From Amphiscolops sp. MND2022 (taxonomy: Eukaryota): 64,000 nucleotides of DNA. The stretch covers positions 21,888,001 to 21,952,000 of the forward strand of contig OZ076409.1 of assembly GCA_964187785.1 (NCBI GenBank), in the 5' to 3' direction. The notes beneath the pieces are model-generated. The model ran no database searches, was not told the DNA's origin, and worked only from the letters and a program-made list of their open reading frames with translations. Shown one piece after another: positions 59,422 to 64,000 of this stretch (the first letter of the stretch is position 1; each line of letters begins with the position of its first letter). Both the position numbers and the translations under genes were made by a program.

Positions 59422-59837
59422 AAACAAGACGGGAACGTCTCAAGTCGGCGCTATATCTAAGGCTCAAAAAAGTGCAGAGTTTCTAAAACGGTAAAAGGGG
59501 AACCATTTGGGCTTCTTGAAAATCCAGTTTGTTGCAAAATATTTTAAAAAATTGAAAAGGGAACCCTTTGGACACAATAAAAATTTCAAAAAAGTCACAC
59601 AGTGCCGAAAAAAAATTCAAAACCTACAGTCTCGTCCGGTTTGGTATGTTACGTTAAAAATGTAGTAAATGAAAGGGGGACCTTTTGGACTAACTTAGAT
59701 GCGGTTCCGGTTGCCGGTCTAGTAGTTTAGTAGTTCTGTAAAAAGTGTCCACTACGCATACATTCGGTTGTCTGACGAAGAAAAACAAGTCACCGCAATA
59801 GTCGGGCTTTTTTCCTTTAAAGGAAAAGGCGCCGACT
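59422..59837 (-). mobile_element. DINE-1/HINE-like family A copy (SS18 intron)
   Basis: Both termini present. Confidence 0.8.
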
Positions 59838-59911
59838 TTTTAGAATTACATTAATTCCATTTTGAATTTTTGGCGGTTTCAATGATTATCGACTAAAAGA
59901 TCGCAACATAC

Positions 59912-60126
59912 CAGAAGATGTTGAAGGAGCAGCAACTACTGATTTGGTGGCTGTCGACACAGTGGAGAGAACAGATTGCGTATGGGCACTCAATGGCTGA
60001 TAGGGGTCCACATGGGCGGGTGCCGTGAACTTTGTAACAGCTGGAGACACTGGGGCCGTGTTGGCATTGGGCGAATAACTGCTTACGTCACTGCCTCCCG
60101 CACGAGGAGATATTGCACTGTCGGGT
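59912..60126 (-). CDS. SS18: SS18-family gene, Ser/Thr-rich exon
   Basis: TGCAG acceptor; PDSAISPRAGG...STSS; GTATGT donor. Confidence 0.75.
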
Positions 60127-60553
60127 CTGCAGCAAATATAAACAACATGGTCTTTAATCGAGGCGCTATTTGAAATTTTTTTTTGAAACTTGCAGACAAA
60201 AGTTTGTATCCGAAATAACGAGAGGTCGCTATAGGAGGGAATGGAGAATTGCCTGAATAATAACACGAAAAATGAAATAGTAAACTTTGGTATGTCTGAT
60301 ATTCGTTCATCAATATTTGACCTGAAGCTTTATTTCAAGAGGAAACATTATAATTCGGCCAATTCAGAGTTCTCAACTTTTCCACAGAATTATTCAGTTC
60401 TTAGCGCCATAGAGATATAGCGGATATAGTCAGATTTCAGTGCACCAATGTGTTGTGTGCGCGAACGCTAATATTTATGACGTAAGTGAAATCATACTTT
60501 CATAGACTACCAACAGAACTGAGCCTTTTTCATAATTAAACCTCCACTTAATA

Positions 60554-60712
60554 TAGTTGAGTCCACCTAATTAGTATCACTACGAACCGAATAAAACAGA
60601 ACGAATATTGAGAAATACCAGTTAACCAGGATATTTCACATTCGTCGTCGCGAAATGGGGGCCTCGGGTAAATACGAATTAACCAAAGATCCGAATTAAC
60701 CGGAGGTGATTG
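60554..60712. mobile_element. pogo/Tigger-like MITE, copy 2 (SS18 intron)
   Basis: Shares TCCACCTAATT.GTATC.CTA..ACCGAATAAA and AAGATCCGAATTA with 41059-41232. Confidence 0.7.
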
Positions 60713-60737
60713 TAGTTTGATTTTGAGGAATAAGCAC

Positions 60738-60951
60738 CTGTTCTGAGGAGCACTTGGAGTCGCAGCGGATGATGCAGTTTCAGCAGGAGCGGGACTCTTT
60801 TCTGCGGTTGGTGCAGCAGAGATTGGTCCTGCTGCTGCTGTGGTCTGAATTTGCACGGGGGCTTCCGGTCTCATCTGTTGCACGTCAGTGGGCACAACCA
60901 CGCTGAATGCTTGCACTGGTTTTGGCACTGGGATAGCCACTGCATGTTGCA
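60738..60951 (-). CDS. SS18: SS18-family gene, Pro/Ala-rich exon
   Basis: TTTTTGCAG acceptor; QHAVAIPVPKPVQ...APQN; phase-compatible. Confidence 0.75.
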
Positions 60952-61182
60952 CTGCAAAAAAGTTGTAATTGTAGAATTGAGTCTACTATTTGCAGCAAAA
61001 ACAATTTGTTTGAATTTGACAGCCTAGAGTTTTAAAATTCCCTTCAAATTAAACTGATACCACTGCTTCGTGGCTCGATCGACCCAGATTACAATGTATG
61101 AAATTCGGATGTTGATTTCTCGGAAGGAAATGATTCAAAGTCCTACTACTTTCAAGCAGCAATGACTTAACAAGACACTTAC

Positions 61183-61513
61183 GCGGTTCACTGGAAGTTC
61201 CAGCAGCTGCGGCGGCCGCAGCATTTTTCTCACTTTTTGAGCTACCTTTTTTGGACTTGGGTGGGGTTGGATTAGGAACTGGTTGTGAGGATTCGTCTTG
61301 TTGCCCGGGAACTACCAGAGGATTCGACTCCACCTTTTGATGCTCTGGTCGCCGGTGTTGATAGGGAGACACCATATTAGAGGGTTTCCCACGATAAAGA
61401 GGCACTCCACCTCCTGGAACAACAGACGCATTCGGTGGCGACAGCTGATTGGCTACGAGCGACGATGCCGATGGAGGTTTAGGAGTGGCGGAGAACACAT
61501 TGATATCTGGAGG
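61183..61513 (-). CDS. SS18: SS18-family gene, low-complexity exon
   Basis: TTTTAG acceptor; PPDINVFSATPKPP...TSSEP; GTAAGT donor; frame consistent. Confidence 0.8.
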
Positions 61514-61596
61514 CTAAAAGCAACAACTTCCTAAGTAAGGGTAAGCAGAAATGTCCCATGGAAAACATCTCGATAGAGAGGTTATTTTCATTTAAA

Positions 61597-62046
61597 ACCA
61601 GCCGGGACCGGCCCAAGTCGGCGCCATATCCAAGGCTCAAAAATAGCAAAAGGACATCAACGTTTCAAAGTATTCTCTTCTACAGCACTAGAATTTTTTG
61701 AAAAAAGTCTCACAACGCCGAAAAAATTGGAAGGACCCTTTGGGATTTTTCTATACCCAGTCTGTCGCAAAACCCAAAAAAATTGAAGGGGGACCCTTTG
61801 GGTAATTTTTTTCAGGAAAAAATTCTCGCAATGCCGAAAAAAACAAAGGGAGGACCCTTTGGTCTCGTCCGGCATTGTATGTTATGCGGGAAACTTTTTG
61901 GTTCTGTTCCCAGGGCCAACAGGTGAAATTTGAAATTTTGTAGAACTTCTGGTAGAACTAATTTGGTCAGTTCAGGTGGTCTTAAAAAAACACTGACGAA
62001 AAGCCATGACTATAGTCGACTCTTTTCTCCAGAAAAGCGCCGACTA
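61597..62046 (-). mobile_element. DINE-1/HINE-like family A copy (SS18 intron)
   Basis: Both termini present. Confidence 0.8.
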
Positions 62047-62198
62047 AAAAAAAACAAACTTTGAATCTTTACTTCAAAAACGCTTTCACTGACCACTCAC
62101 ACACATTTTCCAAATTAAGTTCATAGTTTCGAATTCTCGGAATTTACGTGGTGAAAAAAATTGCGTTCAACCGGAGGAGAAATGTGTATTCAACTCAC

Positions 62199-62283
62199 AG
62201 GTAAGAGATGAGGGATCTCGGTATTGGTTGGTTCCGTCAACTGCGCCAGTCGGTACAAGTTGCGATGCAGTGCTTGGTATAGA
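62199..62283 (-). CDS. SS18: SS18-family gene, second SNH exon (absent from the ORF track)
   Basis: 85-bp exon LYQALHRNLYRLAQLTEPTNTEIPHLLP (SNH motif LHRNLxxLA); GTGAGT donor. Confidence 0.85.
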
Positions 62284-63544
62284 CTAAAGCAGCAAATATT
62301 CAATCATTTAATTAAATTGTATCAAAAACAAAGAAATTGAAGACATTTCCAACACATTCTTCTGGTAGCTCTCTCCTGTTACTCTACGTTTTCCATCAGA
62401 AGTTAAGAAAATATCTCTGCAAGTATCTTCTCTACCATTTGCCGTAAACTTCAAACTTCAACGCCACACCTTATTGTTTAGCTACGTTCTTCAAACCTCA
62501 TTCTGAAGTAGTGATATTTCTAAAAGCAACAAAAGGCAAATCTCAAAATGGAATATCTCTAAAACAGCAGCGATTTTTGAAAAATGATAAAAGTGAAAGT
62601 TTCTTAGATTTTTATCTAGTTTACAAATAGGTTTATTTGAAGGTTATGCGATGAAAATTGTAAAAGTTAGGATATGCCATTTTTAACCAAATTTAGGTCA
62701 AAATTGAGGTTTTTCTCACTTTTAGTCAACTTTTGCTTGAAATTTTAGAGAAATTTTATGTGCAATCGACCCCCCTGATTTAACTGAAACCCTTGATATG
62801 TTTTGATTCAGAAATCATCTTAAAATGGTAGAAAAAATACGCTGTAAAATTAGACTTTTTCAAAAATACATGTATTAAGATATGATTTTGAACTTTATCA
62901 ACTTACAACTAGCTCATACTAATACAATTCAGAATATTTTCGAGAAAAAATTATATTGTCAGATTCGAAATGTTTGGGAGAATTTTTCTATCTAAATTAT
63001 TTTGAAATAAAAAATTGTAAGTGGGTCGAAAATTCAAAAAAATTTCCACACTTTTGAAATAATTATGCAAAGACTAATACATAAAGACTTCGAATGATTG
63101 CTGAATAAAAATTATAACTTTGATGATAATTTCGAATCCGAAATTTCTAAATACAAATAAATGTATATCATTAGTCACTGTCAAATTTCAGTTTTGCGTT
63201 CTCAGTGAGATTCTCCTTAGTAACGGAAAGCGAGACACCACAGATCCATGTACTTTTAGCCACCTTATGCCATTTACCACTATAATTTCAATCACTTGAA
63301 AGTTGGAATATCGGACAATTTTCATCATTGGATAAACATTCTAACCAAAACCGTTAAAACACTGTAAAGAAGCTCTGCAGTTTGCGTCATATTGGCACCA
63401 TGCCAAAAGTATTTAAAGACGAGTCACTCCTTCAACTCAGGCAATTTTCGCTTATTAAAAAACACGTGGTTTGAACGCACACTGTCCCTTTTTAAATAGA
63501 GGAAAATGAAGAAACGATTTCACAAAGGACCTTAGAAAACTCAC

Positions 63545-63621
63545 TGAAAACTGTCGATGCCTTTTCCACATTGTTGGTTTTCGGTTATTGTTTTGATCAA
63601 TTCGCAGTTCTCGTCTAGAAG
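63545..63621 (-). CDS. SS18: SS18/SYT-family gene, SNH-domain exon (absent from the ORF track)
   Basis: 77-bp exon with TTTCAG acceptor and GTGAGT donor, encoding LLDENCELIKTITENQQCGKGIDSF, which matches the SSXT/SNH pattern. Confidence 0.85.
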
Positions 63622-64000
63622 CTGAAACAAATGAAAAAATTGATCATTATGATAACAAAACTTTTACTTTTTACTGTAAAGAGTTTTTACAAAAGAGTTT
63701 TTACTTTTTAATGTTAAATTTTGGGGAAAATAGCTGTATAAAACTGTTTACAGAAAATGGTAACAAATTCTGTCAAATAGTAGAGACTGGTTCTAGCTGA
63801 TATCACCAATGACAATGCTATGATGTCATCAAATGATGGGAAACTGAGCTGAGGACCACGTGACTTCAAAATGTTTTTCCAATGACATCAACTTGCCAGT
63901 ATTTTTAAACCAAGTTCTGTTAGCCATCAAACAGTTTGCAAGTTGGTGCAACTAAAACTATATTCTACAGTACAATTTAAATTCTATGCATTATGGAATA

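Overview
AT-rich, intron-rich animal genomic DNA (invertebrate-like; taxon cannot be determined from the sequence). All host genes are on the minus strand. (1) One spliced gene spans about 51 kb: 11 exons from 51856 to 1102, continuing off the left edge. It joins, in frame, a mitochondrial-presequence-like N-terminus, a HAD-family phosphatase domain, a linker and a GMC-family choline dehydrogenase. (2) An SS18/SYT-family gene (SNH domain plus Q/P/S/Y-rich tail) occupies 63621-57870; its first exon was not found. Intron 4 of the fusion gene holds a complete 14,686-bp Polinton/Maverick (adintovirus-like) element at 25333-40018, with 214-bp TIRs and a 6-bp TCCTCA TSD. It encodes pPolB, major and minor capsid proteins, integrase, protease, two packaging-type ATPases and several unknown ORFs. 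All 12 of its gene starts sit in an ATAAATG motif resembling the poxvirus late promoter, and a structured, Pol III-like non-coding RNA candidate lies next to the left TIR. The remaining introns contain a CR1/L2-group LINE split by a solo LTR, an intact DD35E Tc1-like transposon with a matching MITE, hAT-, Mutator- and TA-type MITEs, two abundant DINE-1/HINE-like families (one carrying tRNA-like modules), a short 28S rRNA fragment and a degenerate satellite. Exon models and family calls were made by eye, with no database search.
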